From Thermovirgaceae bacterium (lineage in GTDB: Bacteria > Synergistota > Synergistia > Synergistales > Thermovirgaceae), in assembly GCA_046542505.1 (NCBI GenBank), contig JBKHBH010000041.1, positions 1 to 16,363 of the forward strand: a DNA stretch of 16,363 bases. Reading direction: 5' to 3'. The position numbers were made by a program, and so were the translations under genes. The first letter of the stretch is position 1. Every line of letters begins with the position of its first letter. This document shows, in pieces, positions 15,701 to 16,363 of this stretch. Below the pieces are notes generated by a model that was not told the DNA's origin, did not search any database, and saw nothing but the letters and a program-made list of their open reading frames with translations.

Positions 15701-15860
15701 TGTCGTCGGCACTCTGGAGGAGAGGATAGACAGGATGATCGAAAGCAAGAGTGAGATAGCCGAACAGGTCCTCGGCAAGGGTGAAGCAGGCCTCACAGAA
15801 CTTTCGAACGAAGAGATAAAGAACCTGATCAAACTTGGCAAGGAAGCCGCGGGAGACTGA
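12762..15860 (+). CDS. SNF2-family (superfamily II) helicase/ATPase, 1032 aa, YwqA-like
   Basis: Motifs [67 protein letters not shown] and [21 protein letters not shown]. Confidence 0.96.
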   Translation: [1032 protein letters not shown]

Positions 15861-15864
15861 ACCC

Positions 15865-16363
15865 ATGAGAAACCACTGGCGTTACCGTGATTTTTACCCC
15901 GAATCTGAACCCAAACAAGTGCAGGGTGGAATAAAAGCCCAAAACAGAAAAGGAGCCTTCGCGAAAACGTGGTGGGGCAAACGGTGGATAGAGGTGCTCA
16001 AGAATTTCGAAATCGGCAAAAGACTGGTCAGGGGAAAACGCTACGCACGGAAAGGGCAGGTCGTCAACCTTGACGTTACGAAGAGTCGCGTAAAGGCGAA
16101 GGTACAGGGGGCACGGGTAAAACCTTATGATATCTTGATAGAAAACGACACCATCCCCGATAAACAGTGGCAACAGGTAATTACCGCCTTGTCGGGACAG
16201 CCCCGCTTCGTGTCCTCCCTTCTTTCGGGCGAGATGCCCCAGAATATCGAGGAAGTCTTCAACCGGGCGGGCCTTTCACTTTTCCCCGGGGAAGAAGAAC
16301 TCCGCTTTGGCTGCTCCTGCCCGGATTCTTCCAGCCCCTGCAAACATATTGCCGCCGTCTTCT
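15865..16363 (+). CDS. SWIM zinc-finger protein (YwqB/COG4279-like), 3' end beyond the window edge (missing from the ORF track)
   Basis: Manual translation MRNHWRY..FAKTWWGKRWIEVL..RLVRGKRYARKGQV..AKVQG..KPY..LLSGEMP..LFP..CSCPDSSSPCKHIAAVF, containing the SWIM CxC..CxH motif. Confidence 0.93.
   Translation, partial: MRNHWRYRDFYPESEPKQVQGGIKAQNRKGAFAKTWWGKRWIEVLKNFEIGKRLVRGKRYARKGQVVNLDVTKSRVKAKVQGARVKPYDILIENDTIPDKQWQQVITALSGQPRFVSSLLSGEMPQNIEEVFNRAGLSLFPGEEELRFGCSCPDSSSPCKHIAAVF

Overview
Bacterial chromosomal window, mostly GC-rich, with visibly AT-richer segments between about 8.3 and 12.5 kb. From left to right: (1) a minus-strand feoA-feoA-feoB ferrous iron uptake operon, with feoB running off the left edge and a matching DtxR/MntR-like palindrome upstream of each feoA; (2) a secreted PQQ-dependent sugar dehydrogenase; (3) an MBL-fold hydrolase, an OYE-family NADH:flavin oxidoreductase and a ureohydrolase (agmatinase family, GpuA-like); (4) a dense accessory block of four toxin-antitoxin pairs (DUF6922/AbiEii, AbrB/PIN, RHH/MazF, MazE/MazF) plus two secreted hypothetical proteins; (5) a SNF2 helicase followed by a SWIM zinc-finger gene running off the right edge. 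The most notable unannotated structure is a family of short REP/REPIN-like inverted-repeat elements beginning GGGGTC. They occur at six loci in three sequence variants and sit at nearly every module boundary of the accessory block. The four family-A copies are co-oriented, so the block reads like a cassette array, although no integrase or transposase is present in the window. All protein calls come from motifs recognised by eye; no database searches were run.
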